This document shows, piece after piece, positions 51,067 through 63,796 of a stretch of DNA of 64,000 nucleotides. The notes beneath the pieces are model-generated. The model did no database searches, was not told the origin of the DNA, and saw nothing but the letters and a program-made list of their open reading frames with translations. The stretch's first letter is position 1. Each line of letters begins with the position of its first letter. A program made the translations under genes and the position numbers. Origin of the DNA: Octopus vulgaris (lineage: Eukaryota); NCBI GenBank assembly GCA_951406725.2, contig OX597818.1, forward strand, positions 29,822,001-29,886,000, written 5' to 3'.

Positions 51067-51775
51067 GAAACTTGGAGTTATTCCTTGTCTATGTTATTGC
51101 CTGAATTACTGAAATATATAGGTAGGACCATCAAAGTGTTCAAAATTAAAAACAGTTCTGTAGCAGTATTTTGAACTTAGAGGATGTAAAGGACATAACA
51201 AATTGAGCAACATATCTTACTTTACAAAGACATTAGTAACAGAAAAATACACTTATGTGGTATTGCTAAATAAACAGTCTAAGCAGAGGGCTAAATAAAC
51301 AATCTAAGAAGATTTGAAATTGTGATTGTTTAGTTGCTACTCATTCATGTTAACTGAAAACAATCTTCACAAAAAAGCTAATACATACAGAGTAGTTATG
51401 TCATTTGATGTGCAATACAAAAATAAATGATGATTGATAATGATGATAAAAAAAATATTGATTTCTCTGACCTCTCTTTATAAGGGCAGAAAATGTGATT
51501 TGTGTGATATTTATGTTTTGCTCAAGAACAGAAACTGACATAAAATCTAGTGAAGTGGTTACAACAACTAAGAAAATTACAGACTTAATATCACTGAAAT
51601 GTTATCCCTAATATGCTGTGTTGATTAAATTGTTAAAATACAATAAGAAATTAACTCTGGCAAAATATAACAAAACAAGAACCCCAAAACAGAGTATGTA
51701 AGAAAGACAACTTGATATTATCTGAAAATATTAGGGTTGCTTTAATCAGAGAAACAGAAAAGTAAGTCATCAAAT

Positions 51776-52160
51776 ATCATCATCATCGTTTAACGTCCGC
51801 TTTCCATGCTAGCATGGGTTGGACGGTTCAACTGGGGTCTGGCAAGCCCGAAGGCTGCACCAGGCCAGTCAGTTCTGGCAGTGTTTCTACAGCTGGATGC
51901 CCTTCCTAACGCCAACCACTCCGAGAGTGTAGTGGGTGATTTTCAGCATACTTCCATAGGTCTCGGTCTCTAGTCATTTCTATGGTGAGACCTAACGTCC
52001 GAAGGTCGTGGTTCACCACCTCGTCCCAGGTTTTGGCTATTCTTATTCTAGCAGTTGAAGTTGTTTTCTGCAGATTTTCGGAGGTCAATGCTCCAGAGCA
52101 TCTGCCACATACAAAAACTATCTTCCCAGTTAGCCTACCTTTGACATTGCTGCACCTCTT
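51776..52160 (-). mobile_element. Internally deleted RTE LINE fragment about 45 bp from a pdxS donor site
   Basis: (CAT)n-CGTTTAACGTCCGCTTTCCATGC tail, plus KRCSNVKGRL...FVCGRC and KTWDEVV.HDLRTLGLT.EMTRDRDLW. Confidence 0.8.
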
Positions 52161-52204
52161 AAAGACCAAAACTCATAATTGTAATTAAAAACTTGTGTAT
52201 TTAC

Positions 52205-52325
52205 CTTCAGATTCATCGACCATGTCCACACCTAAAGCCTCCAAAATCTGGGCTTCAGCAAAATGACCGATACGGGCTTTAGCCATCACTGGTATTGTAA
52301 CAGCATTCATGATTTCTTTAATTTT
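52205..52325 (-). CDS. pdxS: PdxS/SNZ exon (121 nt) with the first catalytic Lys
   Basis: AAG|[40 protein letters not shown]|GTAA, phase 0-1. Confidence 0.95.
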
Positions 52326-52611
52326 CTTCAAAGGAAATTTTTTTTTATTTTAGTGCAAACTTCAATGATATTAATTAATCCCTAATATTTCGGTAATAAC
52401 AATTAAATATGCTAACTTCTATGGGAAAAATGGATAAATTTACATTTGTAAGATACTTTGTAATGGCCACTTTATTTAGCATGAAAACATTGTCAGTTGA
52501 TTACATATCAATACACCATTCATTACTAAAAGTTGGAATTATGTCAAATTATTCCTTCTAAGGAATTAAGAAGGCCAATGCTAAGCAAGAGAGAGACATT
52601 AAGTTACTTAC

Positions 52612-52692
52612 CAAGGGATCAGTCATTCTGGCTACACCTCCTTGGCGGCGAATATCAGCTGGAACTCTTTCAAGCGCCATAACAGCACAAGC
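52612..52692 (-). CDS. pdxS: PdxS/SNZ exon (81 nt)
   Basis: ATAG|[27 protein letters not shown]|GTAAGT, phase 0-0. Confidence 0.95.
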
Positions 52693-53172
52693 CTATGAAA
52701 TAAAATGAAAAAGTTATGTCATAAGAAATAGATAAGGACTTTCCTGTGAAAGTCTCGTTTAGAACCACATACATTTATGGATGATAATGCAAAAGTGAAT
52801 TAGTTTGATTTGAAGAAAACTACCCTTGAAGTTATAATCTGTAAGGTTATTTTTGAGCAGCAAGCTAAAGAGTAAGCTATTCCATATGCTTTACTAAAAA
52901 GCTCAAAATATATATTTCTGAACGACATTTCTTTATATTTCTGACAACTGCTTTCATATACTAATTAGTAATTTTATCTGCAATTATTTTACTTACATTG
53001 CTAATATCTTTAGGAAAAGCAAAACTTCAATTTCATACACTCACAAATTATAAAAAAAAATCTTGCATTTGAGAAGGGAGGATGCTAATTCTAGTTGCAA
53101 TAGAATATAGCTGGTTGAATTAACTTCCAAAATTGAAAGACAAGTTGATCCCAGTAGGTTTGATCTTGAGAC

Positions 53173-53650
53173 AGTAAGGTGAGCTAATCCTTCTATTAGC
53201 ATTCTGTTGGTCTGTCCATTTCAACTAATTTCAACTACATTAATAAATTATTAGTATTAATGTAAGAAAAGAGAAAGGATCACAGATGATTCACTTTGAA
53301 CCCAAGAACATGAGACTTGGTGCTAATTAATAGTAAGGTGAGCTAATCCTTCTATTAGCATTCTGTTGGTCTGTCCATTTCAACTAATTTCAACTACATT
53401 AATAAATTATTAGTATTAATGTAAGAAAAGAGAAAGGATCACAGATGATTCACTTTGAACCCAAGAACATGAGACTTGGTGCTAATTAATAGTAAGGTGA
53501 GCTAATCCTTCTATTAGCATTCTGTTGGTCTGTCCATTTCAACTAATTTCAACTACAGTAATAAATTATTAGTATTAATGTAAGAAAAGAGAAAGGATCA
53601 CAGATGATTCACTTTGAACCCAAGAACATGAGACTTGGTGCTAATTAATA
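53173..53650. repeat. 159-bp tandem repeat x3 (intronic)
   Basis: Units start at 53173, 53332 and 53491. They are identical except one T>G seen in copy 3. Confidence 0.95.
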
Positions 53651-53833
53651 ATTAGTCTGATGCCATATTTTTGTGCATTCAAATGCAATTAAGATCAATG
53701 ATACTTTTCATCTCTTGCAGGTTGATAAAATAAATTTCAAATTATTGCTTTGCTCTTACATTATAGCAGATCTTAAGCAATAGAAAGAATTCATTATTGT
53801 CAACAAAAAACAAATAAAAAAAGACAGACTTAC

Positions 53834-53934
53834 TCCAGCTTCTTCTGCGATACATGCTTCTTCTGCATTGGTAACATCCATAATGATTCCTCCTTTAGCC
53901 ATTTGTGCCATACCAGCTTTGACCTTGAAGGTTC
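53834..53934 (-). CDS. pdxS: PdxS/SNZ exon (101 nt) with the catalytic Asp
   Basis: CTAG|(G)[33 protein letters not shown]|GTAAGT, phase 1-0. Confidence 0.95.
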
Positions 53935-54314
53935 CTAGTATAAAGTAATAAAAACATATATTTTACTAATGTTATAAGGAGAATGACTTGAATCTAGCAA
54001 AAATAATATGTAAGCCTATAAATTAAATGAAACTGAAATAGGTTACATAAGTAAGCATTATGTTAAAGATTAAATGTATCATATTCAATTCTAACATCAA
54101 AAAAAGAATACAAATTTGTAAGGATAAAAGAAAGCAAGAGAAAGTGAGAAAACAGAGAAGTTAAAGTTAACCACAGTAACATTTCAACATAAAACAGAGA
54201 AAAACTAAATACTGCAAAGCAGTTAGATCATCATCTTAAAATTTCTGCCAGTCAACTGATTCTAGATTAATATTTAATATTATCAAACTTTTAAATGAAA
54301 CTTTCTGACTTTTC

Positions 54315-55300
54315 ATCATCATCATCGTTTAACGTCCGCATTCCAAGCTAGCATGGGTTGGACAATTTGACTGAGGACTGGTGAACCAGATGGCTGCACC
54401 AGGTTCCAATCTGATCTGGCAGAGTTTCTACAGCTGGATGCCCTTCCTAACGCCAACCACTCTGAGAGTGTAGTGGGTGCTTTTACATGCCATTGGCATG
54501 AGGACCAGTCAAGCAGTACTGGCAATGTTTTTTTCATGTGTCACTAGCACAAGTGCTAGTAAGGTGACACTGGTAATGATCACGTTCAAATGGTGCTTTT
54601 TACATGCCACTGGCATGGAAGCCAGTCAGCTGCTCTGGCAATGATCATGCTCGGATGGTGCTCTTAGTGCTCCACTAGCACGGATGCCAGTCATCGAATT
54701 TGATTTTGATTTCACTTACCTCAACAGATTTTCGCAAGCAGAGTTTAGTGTCCAATGAAGGAAAGGTACGCATAAGTGGGCTGGTTACACCCCTGGCATA
54801 GGCCACGGATATGGTCTCACTTGGCTTGCCAGGTCTTCTCAAGCACAGCATATTTCCAAAGGTCTTGGTCACTAGTCATTGCCTCAGTGAGGCCTCATGT
54901 TCCCAGGTCTTTCTGGGTCTACCTCTTCCACAGGTTCCCTCAACCGCTAGGATGTGGCACTTTTTCACACGGCTATCCTCATTCATTCTCGCTACATGGC
55001 CATACCAGCACAGTCGTCTTTCTTGCACACCACATCTGATGCTTCTCAGGTCCAACTTTTCTCTCAAGGTACTTAGACTCTGTCAAGTATGCACACTGAC
55101 ATTACACATCCATCGGAGCATACTGGCTTTGTTCCTTGCGAGCTTACGCTTGTCCTCAGCAATCACGGCCCATGTTTCGCTGCCATGTAACATGGCTGTT
55201 CATACACATGCATCATACAGTCTACCTTTTACTCTGAGCAAGAGGCCCTTTGTCACCAGCAGAGGTAAGAGCTCTCTGAACTTTGCCCAGGCTATTCTTA
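54315..55300 (-). mobile_element. RTE-clade LINE 3' fragment
   Basis: LREKLDLRSIRCGVQERRLCWYGHVARMNEDSRVKKC..L.VEGTCGRGRPRKTW and an (ATG)n tail. Confidence 0.85.
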
Positions 55301-55928
55301 TTATTTCAGTGAAGATATTTTCCCAAGGAAAACTCTCACAAACTATGGCAATAATTCTTGCTGGTTCAGTTCAGGTAACCTAAGTATATAGAGATTATCA
55401 CCATAAACAGTGAGCACATTCTACAGTTATTTTCATACCCTTGAGGTCTGAATGAGGTTTCTGTACTTATATATTATTTTTATTCTGTATTGTGAGGATT
55501 GGTCAATACAGCAGAAAGGTTTGGATTTACTGTTCACACAATCTGCTCTCATATTGTATTTTAAGATGGCTAGTAGGAGAAAAAAAATTATAAACTACTG
55601 TTTTAATATAACCAACATTTCTTTTCCTTTAGCATTATTACATTATATTACAGAGAATAATTTATATTTTGATTCCTTTTTTGATTGATACAAGCTAAAC
55701 TATGCTAATGAGTTATGTTGAAAATGTTAGCAGATTGCAACTAGCTATAATATGAAGTGGTAACTGTAACCCTAAATTCAGAAGTTAAGCAATTTTAATT
55801 TTTCAACAAGTTAGCCTTGTAAAAAGAATTAAAATATCACAACTGTTGTAGCTGTGAACAGGTTGTGTCAAAAAGTCAACAGTTTTGTGAAGTCATACAT
55901 TATAAGATAATTAAAGTGTAAAACACAC

Positions 55929-55991
55929 CAGTTTTCCTTCCTGCAGTTTCATCCTTCACAGCTGTTAAATTGGTAACAACAACATCAGGAT
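55929..55991 (-). CDS. pdxS: Probable upstream PdxS exon (63 nt), N-terminal extension
   Basis: TTTTACTTATAG|xPDVVVTNLTAVKDETAGRKT-G|GTGTGT, phase 1-1. It joins in frame to the next exon (KT-G-TFKVK) and contains no in-frame ATG. Confidence 0.7.
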
Positions 55992-56599
55992 CTATAAGTA
56001 AAATATGAATATTAATAATAATCATAGTAATAATAATGGTGACAAGGATTTAGTACACTGGATAAAGTTACAAATTGGTGGAGAAATATCACAGAAAACT
56101 GATATTTATGGCATTTCTTAAAAAAAATCTTTATGAAGTGAATGCTTGAAATTTAAAACGATTTCTTTCATTTTTTTAAAAATTTTCAGACAATCATAAT
56201 GAAAGGCAATGTTGACTAGATGGAGGAATTAGTTTAGAATAATGAGATTTTGCAAAGTCACAGATGACAAAGTAATATTGCAGTGGGGATATAAGTTGAT
56301 ATATTTGACCCTAAGTACTTACTAGTTGTCATTTTCTTGATGCCAGAAAGTTAGAAAGCAATGTTGGTGGAATTTATGAGAAGGAAAGCTAAACACCTAA
56401 GATACGTAGGAAAGAAGAAAACAGAAGTTGGGGCACTGATGCTTTGATGATTGTGATTGATTTACAAATCAGAACTGGGTAGTAGATCATGTACAGAACT
56501 TATTGCCACACTGTAAAAATTTTCCCAGTTACACAAGCAACAAATTTGTAGAAAAGGTACAAAGTCAATGAACTGATATGGTGCATGACTATTTTAACT

Positions 56600-57680
56600 A
56601 CTTACAAGAATTGAAAGTACAAATCTGTTGAGAGAAAAAATTGGGCATAAAAGGAATCAGATGCAGTGTGCAAGAAAGAAGACTGCCATGCTATGGACAT
56701 GTGATATATAAAGATGAGGACAACTGTACAAGGTGTCCCAGAATATAAATAAAAACCCACTTTTATTTATATTTATCATATTTGATGTGTTAAAAGTGTA
56801 TGAATTTTTTATTTTGTATATATTTAAAAATTTTTTATAATTTTTTAAATAATTTTATTTTCATTCATCGAGTATGAAAATTTTATTTTCATTTCACATA
56901 AAAAGCACCTTTCAAGTGCAGCCAATGCCAGTGCTGGTGGCACGTAAAATGCACCATTCAAGCATGGTTAATGCCAGTGCCACCTGACTGGCCTCCGTGC
57001 CAGTGTCATGTAAAAAGCACCCACTACACTCTCAGAGTGGTTGGCGTTAGGAAGGGTATCCAGCTGCAGAAACCCTGCCAGATTAGATTGGAGCCTGGTG
57101 CAGCCTCCTAGCTTGCCAGCCCTCAGTCAAACCATCCAACCTGTGCCAGTATGGAAAGTTGATGATGATGATTCCTGTTGGATCTTGCCTATCTGTCCGT
57201 GACAGCATTTTTAAAAGTTAGCTGCAATCGTTTTCTCTATCTCCATCCTCTGGATGGGGCAATAGTTTAGCTGAACTTAAAGAACACATTCAGTTAGAAG
57301 TGCAGGAGATAACTCTGAAATGCCTCAAAATGTGTTTTGTAATACTAAGGATAGATTTGGAATTTGCAGGGATACAGACAGAGCACATGTTGAAAATTTT
57401 CAATAAAGTTTTGATGTAAGATTTATAAATCTATTTGTTTTGGAATCATAAGTAATAAACATAAAATCATGTCAGTTTTTTTTTTAATTTGCCTGATTTC
57501 ATTGAGATAAATAGTTAATTCTTGGACACTCTGTATAAGTAGTGTCAATCACTTAACAGGGATGGAACTTGTGGAAAATGGGAGACAAAGTTATGAAGGC
57601 TGATCTCAGGACCTTGAACCACATGGAAGAGATGACAAAGGACCAGGATGACTGGTGGTATGTGATACTTGAGAAAACCT
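56600..57680 (+). mobile_element. Nested insertion: RTE fragment split by a Tc1/mariner-type element (56729-57533), which itself contains an RTE 3' tail (about 56905-57172)
   Basis: TA TSDs at 56727-56728 and 57534-57535. TIRs CAAGGTGTCCCAGAAT / ATTCTTGGACACTCTG. The RTE sequence resumes on either side. Confidence 0.7.
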
Positions 57681-60139
57681 GAATTCACACAAGGTACTTT
57701 ATTGATACTTATTTAATATGAATATCCAACTGCCCCCTCAGAAGAATGAAAGTCAACCATAGTAAGATTTGAAGTGAAACCATAAAGTGCTGTTAAGTTG
57801 ATGTCATAAAGCTTTTGTCTGACATGCAAACAATTCTACAAACCATTACCCAAGAGGAGCAGTTAATAACAATAGTTAATATCCACAACCTAACATGGCC
57901 ATCAAACTAAACAATGCCTTTGTTGTTGATTTAATTGATAAAAATACATAAAATCATATATGAACTTGTTTTTTTTTTTAAAGTCTGTGATAAACTAAAG
58001 AATTACATCAATGACTTATAAAAATAGAAACTGAGAGCTAATTGAAAACCCATCTGATCTCTATTTAAACAGTGGAGGAGGAATCGGAGGTGGGGAGGAG
58101 GAGTTGGCAGGGGAGAGAAGGAGTTGGAAGTGGGAAGGAGGAGGAACAATATAGATTTAGTACAGGAGTGGGTGTTGGTATTTTGATATTAGTTTATGAC
58201 TAAAAAACTATCTCACCATTCAACAACAGATGATAGAACTGCTTATGTCAGTCAGCCCCAGCTGTCAAATACTAAAACAAAAAAAATGCTACCAGAAAAT
58301 ATTTTGTTCTCATCAGTTGGGGGTGCCAGAAATGTCAGAGAGAGAGAGAGAAAGAGAGAGAATGGAGCGCGGGTGACAGTAGAATAATGATTGTTAAGAA
58401 CCATATAAAATGACAGTTAGTTCATTCCAAGCAAGGTAAAAACAATGGTTTTGCTATTTTGGGGATCACATGCATCCTGCACATCCTGTGTATGTATAAG
58501 TATATCCTTAGTTAATGTGGGAATAAAATTTGTAAATCAATACAGTTTAAAGTAGTCTAGAAATACATGAAAATAGTTTTCTACAGCCACAGTGCTGGTT
58601 TTGTAGTCTCCTAGATCTAAGGATGATATTTTACAATGTGAATTCTAACAATTTCAACAAAGTTTTATGAACACAAAGTGGTAGTTTATGAGTATCATTT
58701 AATAAACCAATATGAAGAGCCTTAATTGTTATTTCTTTTTATTAAAAAGAAGACAACAAAAGCATGCATTAAAAGCATGTTTTAGTTCCTGGTTAATTCT
58801 GATGGAGCAGACCTATGATCAAAGACTTCCCAACCATGGCCATATTGTCTTTTTAGGGGATGTAAGATTATGTTATCTCAAATGTTCTGTCCATAAAAAA
58901 GATACAATTTGGAAGAGATTTGGCTGATATTTAACCATTTTGAGTTTTCCCTCTTTTTTGCTTTCTTAAGTACACTTTTGAAAGTTAATGAAGAATATGG
59001 TAAGTCTTTTGTTATTGTGTTGCTCTAGTTTGCTTTGTTTGAACAGGCCTATAGCATAGAGGCAGATCTATAGCATAGAGGAAGACCTTAGCATAGAAAC
59101 ACCAGATAAAAAAATATAAATGTGTTTAATTAATATTTAGATTATTGTCATAATATTTTGAACTAGTAATGTAGTCCTATTTTTTAAAATCGTGAGAGTT
59201 TATTACAGGGGATTTTGGTTACAGTATTGAAAAAGCTTTGTAGAAGCTGGTAAAATACTGAAAAATCAGTCAAGAGATTAACACTTTGTATCCTACTACC
59301 ACCACTACCATCATTGCATTATGTCAGCAAATAAGACAAATAAATCTTAGAGTAATGACACTTTAAAGTTGAGGAGTGTTTTATTGACTTGTAATTTTGA
59401 GTTCAGTGCTGTCTGTGGAGAAAGATGTGGGAAAGAACAACAGCGTATTCAGGGGACAAGTTGTATTCCATTTGCTTAATACTATTAAAACTTTAGATAA
59501 GTACTGGCTGAGCAAAACACACAGGTGAATGAACACATTTTTCTTATATGAGAATAACAGACATAGCTGAAACAAAATAAACTGGTAACTAAAAACTAGA
59601 TGTATTAAATTGATATATGAAAATAAGAAAATTGAAGTAGCATGGCAACGTGATGAAAACTAGATGTAACGTCTGGCAACAAAATAACAGCCAGAGTTTA
59701 AAACCTAATTAAGATTGATATAAGATAGCTATAATTAATAATTTTTTTTAGATTGGCACAAGCTAAAAATTAGTAAAGCAGGAATGTTTGACTGAATTAA
59801 CTCTAGTACAAGTTTGGTATTTATTTTATTTTCCTGGAAAAATGAAAGATAAAGTTCATCTTGGTGAAATTTGGAGTTGAGACAACTGTTTGGTATTTAG
59901 TCCAGTACTCTGCTATTCTTAACACAACTACAATTAATAAAGGGTATTATTACCAAAGACAGTAATAGTGCAAACTAAGTAAATCCTAGAAGTAAAAAAA
60001 TTATCTGTACTTTTGTCTAAATTTCTTTAGGTTGGCCACACTGCCTTCAGTGCTTGTGCACTAAAAGGTGGTACTCTTGTGGTTACATAACCAAAGTTTG
60101 ACCTAGATTGTTCAAGTTTTCTTTCTTCTGTTACAGAGT

Positions 60140-60517
60140 AAACACAGCTGCACCACTGGCAGTGTGCACCAAAGAAGAATAGAAATCAGTGATCCGATTT
60201 CTCTAGTCTGAAGCTGTGTCAGGGGCTGAAATTCATCATAAACTTTCAGTACAGTACAAGGAAAGTGCTCTGCCTTATAGAAGTGAGTATGAATGGATCA
60301 AGAAGTTTTAAAATGGCCAGACAAGAGTGAAGCATGAAGAGAGAGCAGGATGCTCAACAACCTCCATCACTAGTGTGAAGACTCAACAAGCTTGAAAGAT
60401 GGTTCTGGTGAACCAATGTGACCATCGATGAGGTGGCATATTCTCTGCAAACTAGCCATGGTTCTGCGTATGAAATCATCTATGGCAAGCTTCACTTCTT
60501 TAAAGTCTGTGCAACTC
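60140..60517 (+). mobile_element. Mariner transposase 5' fragment
   Basis: CTKEE..SVIRFL.SE.VSGAEIH..L..QY.ESAL...YEWI.KF.NG.T.V.HEERAG, with stops. Confidence 0.75.
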
Positions 60518-60519
60518 AT

Positions 60520-63500
60520 GTCGTCCTTTCCCGTTACCTCTCATCAACAACAACGGATGACTGTGTCTTCCCCTACCATTCTTGTTGAAGAACATCAACA
60601 ACAACAAAGATCGACCATCCATACAGAGTTTGCGGAAATACAACAAATGATTTCACCTTTAAGATGAGAAATAGCAGAAATCAAATCAAGTGTTCATGTA
60701 GAACTCTGCAATGAGAGATCTTATCGGAGTGCCTGGCTAAAAAATCTCCCTGTGGCTCTTGCCAAATCTAGATGCATTGAGACAGCCACTGAATCTGTTA
60801 GCCACGAAATAATTGCCATTGTTGTATCAGAGGACATAGCTGACCTTCTGGCATTTGCTGCCAGCTCATCCAAAAACCTAGGCTGTGCTCCTCCAAAGGG
60901 TGTTCTCTGCTTTGGTCAACTAGGACCAAAACCCAAACTAATCAGGCTGTCTTTTTCAAACTCTACTGAGGCACGTTCATACCTTTTAGCCCCTGGTAAA
61001 GCTAGATGTGAAAATAGAATTACCTTTAGAACATGCCCTGGCCTAACACCTGATGTACGTACAAAGCTACATGCTGCAGCTTCCTTAAATCGCAACTCAG
61101 CACAACATGAAAGCTTTAGCCTATGTGACGATGGGCAGATATGGAAGTTTATTAAGGTTGGTGAAACATGGAAAGGAGATACCAGCTGGTCCGAATACAC
61201 TGTACCACAATAGCTGGCAGTGAAAAAACTGTGGGAAACTAAATCAGAACAATCTGCCATCCCCTACAGACCATCATAGCCTGAAATCAAGGTACAAATT
61301 GTTGTCCTTAAATGCTCATAGTTTGTGCAACAAAATACATCTTTTTGATTCTTACGTCAAAGGTATCAACCCCCATTTCATTACAGTCATGGAAACATGG
61401 GCACATTCCTTATTCTGTGATGAGATTTGCAGTATAGCTGGCAACAACCTGTATCGCAAAGACCATATTAATTGTTGTAGAGGTGGTGAGATGGTCTACA
61501 TTCATTCAAACTTTTCAACAATTCCTTGCATTGATTTGAACCAATCACAAGTAATTTTCTGCGATATATGTATGACTGTGTCAACACTTTTACTTGGAGT
61601 TGTTTACCTACACCCACCAAATTACCATCAGGACACACAACTTTGTGATATCTTCAGAACTGCCATCAGGAAAACAGCCACTAATTGTTTTTATTGCAGG
61701 CAACTTCAATCATGCTGAGATTGATTGGGAAACCTTTTGTTGGCTGCAAAATGCAAATGATTTCCTTGAGCTAGTGCTGGACTCAAACTGGTTCTAAGTA
61801 GTCAACTCCCCAACAAGAGGTGACAAAACTTTGGATCTACTCTTTACCACTACTCCTGAAATGGTTATTAGTGTTACTACTGAGGAACCTTTAAGCAACT
61901 CTGATCATTGCCAATTTGTCCCTTATGGGCAGTAACAAAGACCACAGCCATTTCCAAACTGGTCGCTTAGACTGGAACTCTTACTGCACTGAGCTAGAAT
62001 GCCCAAACTAGTTGGAATTTTACAACTCTGGAGATGTGAATACTATACTTCAAAACATCCTGAACTCAATATAGACAGTATGTACAACATCAGTACCGCG
62101 TAAGCACAAAAAACATCCCAAAATTGCAATTTGGGAGACTGCAGCAGTCAGACTTGTCAGGAAAGAATGTTGTATGCTGAACTGGAATACAAACTGCATA
62201 AATCAGATATAAATAGAAAAAGCGCAATAAATCATCCATCTCAAGCAGGTGACAGAAAGGAGAGTACTTAAATTTGAACAATGCATAGCAACCAACACTG
62301 ACAGTAAAGTGTTCTGGAAATATGTACATTCAATGTAGAGACCTCGCTCTCCAGTTGGTCTTTTTCGCAAACCCCACACAAGTCAGATTACTGACGATCT
62401 CAAAGAATGCGTAGAACAACCATTAGCATCGCTTGGGGATGGGGGCAGTGTTCCCTGGACGGAACTTTTAAAGAGGCAGCACTTTTCATCTTATTGCTGT
62501 CAGCAATATGTGTTTTTTGTGGGGTCTGGGAGTGGTACACACAAGTGCACAGAACTCATTGCTGAATGCTATGCAGGCATTTTCACTGTTGAAAATCAAA
62601 ATGTACCATCTCCACCAACTCTGACATCGAATTCTATAACAACTATGGAATTTACACCTGCAATGTTGCAACATCACTTTAAGAATAAGTGCCACTATGC
62701 CTGTCCTGGTCTTGATGGTGTTACATACCTGCTTTTCAAAAGTGGTGGGTAGTGTGACCACATGTTGTCTGTCAACTATTGTCCAGTCAGTCTTACTAGC
62801 TGCATTGCCAAACTGATGGAATCCTGTGTCACAAAGTCTGGAACTTCTGGAATTCTCACAGCCTTATCCAGCCCACAATTTGGATTTATCCCTTACTCCA
62901 GCTGCTATGATCAACTTACTGTTTCTTGAAGACATCACCTGGATCACTGATGACGGCTCATGGGTAGATGTTGTTTACCTTGACTTTGCTAAAGCTTTTA
63001 ATCTGTGTCACACGAAAGACTTATGGCAAAACTCTCTGCAATGGGTGTGAAAGATGATCTTTATAACTGGTTGTAGTCATCCATTCTCAGCTGAAAAGCG
63101 GTAATCACTGTTCTAGGACAGCATTCTTCAGCCTATAAGATATCATCTGGTGTACTGCAGGGATCTGTTCTTGGTCCCCTTTTGTTTGTTGCATACATTA
63201 ATGACATAGATGCCAACTTAAAGAATGCCACAGTGCTGAAATATGACATGTTGTACCTTGAGATAAAAAGGACAGATCCTGAACACTATAGATCTTTCCT
63301 GCAATTGGACTTGGACACACTGCAGCAATGGATCAAGGACTGGCAACTCAAGCTGGCTGTGGACAATTGCACCACCATGCATTTTGGGAGGAAAAACCCA
63401 GCATCCACATACTCCCTCCACAACACTAATATCAAGAAGTTTTCTTGTGAATGTAACCTGGGCATTACTGTCAGTAGCAATTTGTGCAGCTCTAAAATTG

Positions 63501-63795
63501 TCGAGGCCAGGGTTATCTTGACATCAATCAGCAAGACCTTTGTCAGCCACTCTCCAGCTATCTATTTAAGGCTATGGTGCGGCCACACTTGGAATTTGTA
63601 TCACCGGTCTGGAACCCCTATCTTGCTCAGATAAGAAACTGTACAGAGATGTGCAACCAAGCAAATCCTCTCCATCAGGCATCTACCATACTCTGAATGC
63701 CTTGCTTCCCTGGGCATAGATACACTGAAGCTCCGATGTCTGGCAACTGACTTGGTAAATACCCATAAAATTATTAACCATCGTGTTAACAGCAA
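60520..63795 (+). mobile_element. Near-full-length decayed CR1/L2-group LINE (ORF1, AP endonuclease, RT)
   Basis: LNAHSLCNK..I.V.ETW..YRKD...GG...Y, AGNFNH.EIDW, PTRGDKTLDLLFT, SDH, VDVVYLDFAKAF, GVLQGSVLGPLLFVAYINDI. Many stops and frameshifts. Confidence 0.85.
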
Positions 63796-63796
63796 C

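Noticed and set aside
53173-53650. Possible CRISPR-like array
   Set aside because: The units are contiguous 159-bp direct repeats with no unique spacers, in a eukaryotic intron.
45490-55991. Bacterial or fungal contamination as the source of pdxS
   Set aside because: The gene has kb-scale spliceosomal introns filled with the same host SINE and RTE families found across the window.
58217-58261. Candidate pdxS start exon (CAG|...GAATG|GTGAG on the minus strand)
   Set aside because: The ATG would join in phase 0 while the next exon needs phase 1, and the phase-1 frame has a TGA.
59381-59575. Minus-strand ORF after a TTTCAG acceptor, considered as a PdxT/PDX2 exon
   Set aside because: No glutaminase motifs, the other frames close early, and no matching phase-1 donor was identified.
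60752-61213. 153-aa ORF as a host gene
   Set aside because: It lies directly upstream of a LINE AP-endonuclease and RT and is best explained as a decayed ORF1.
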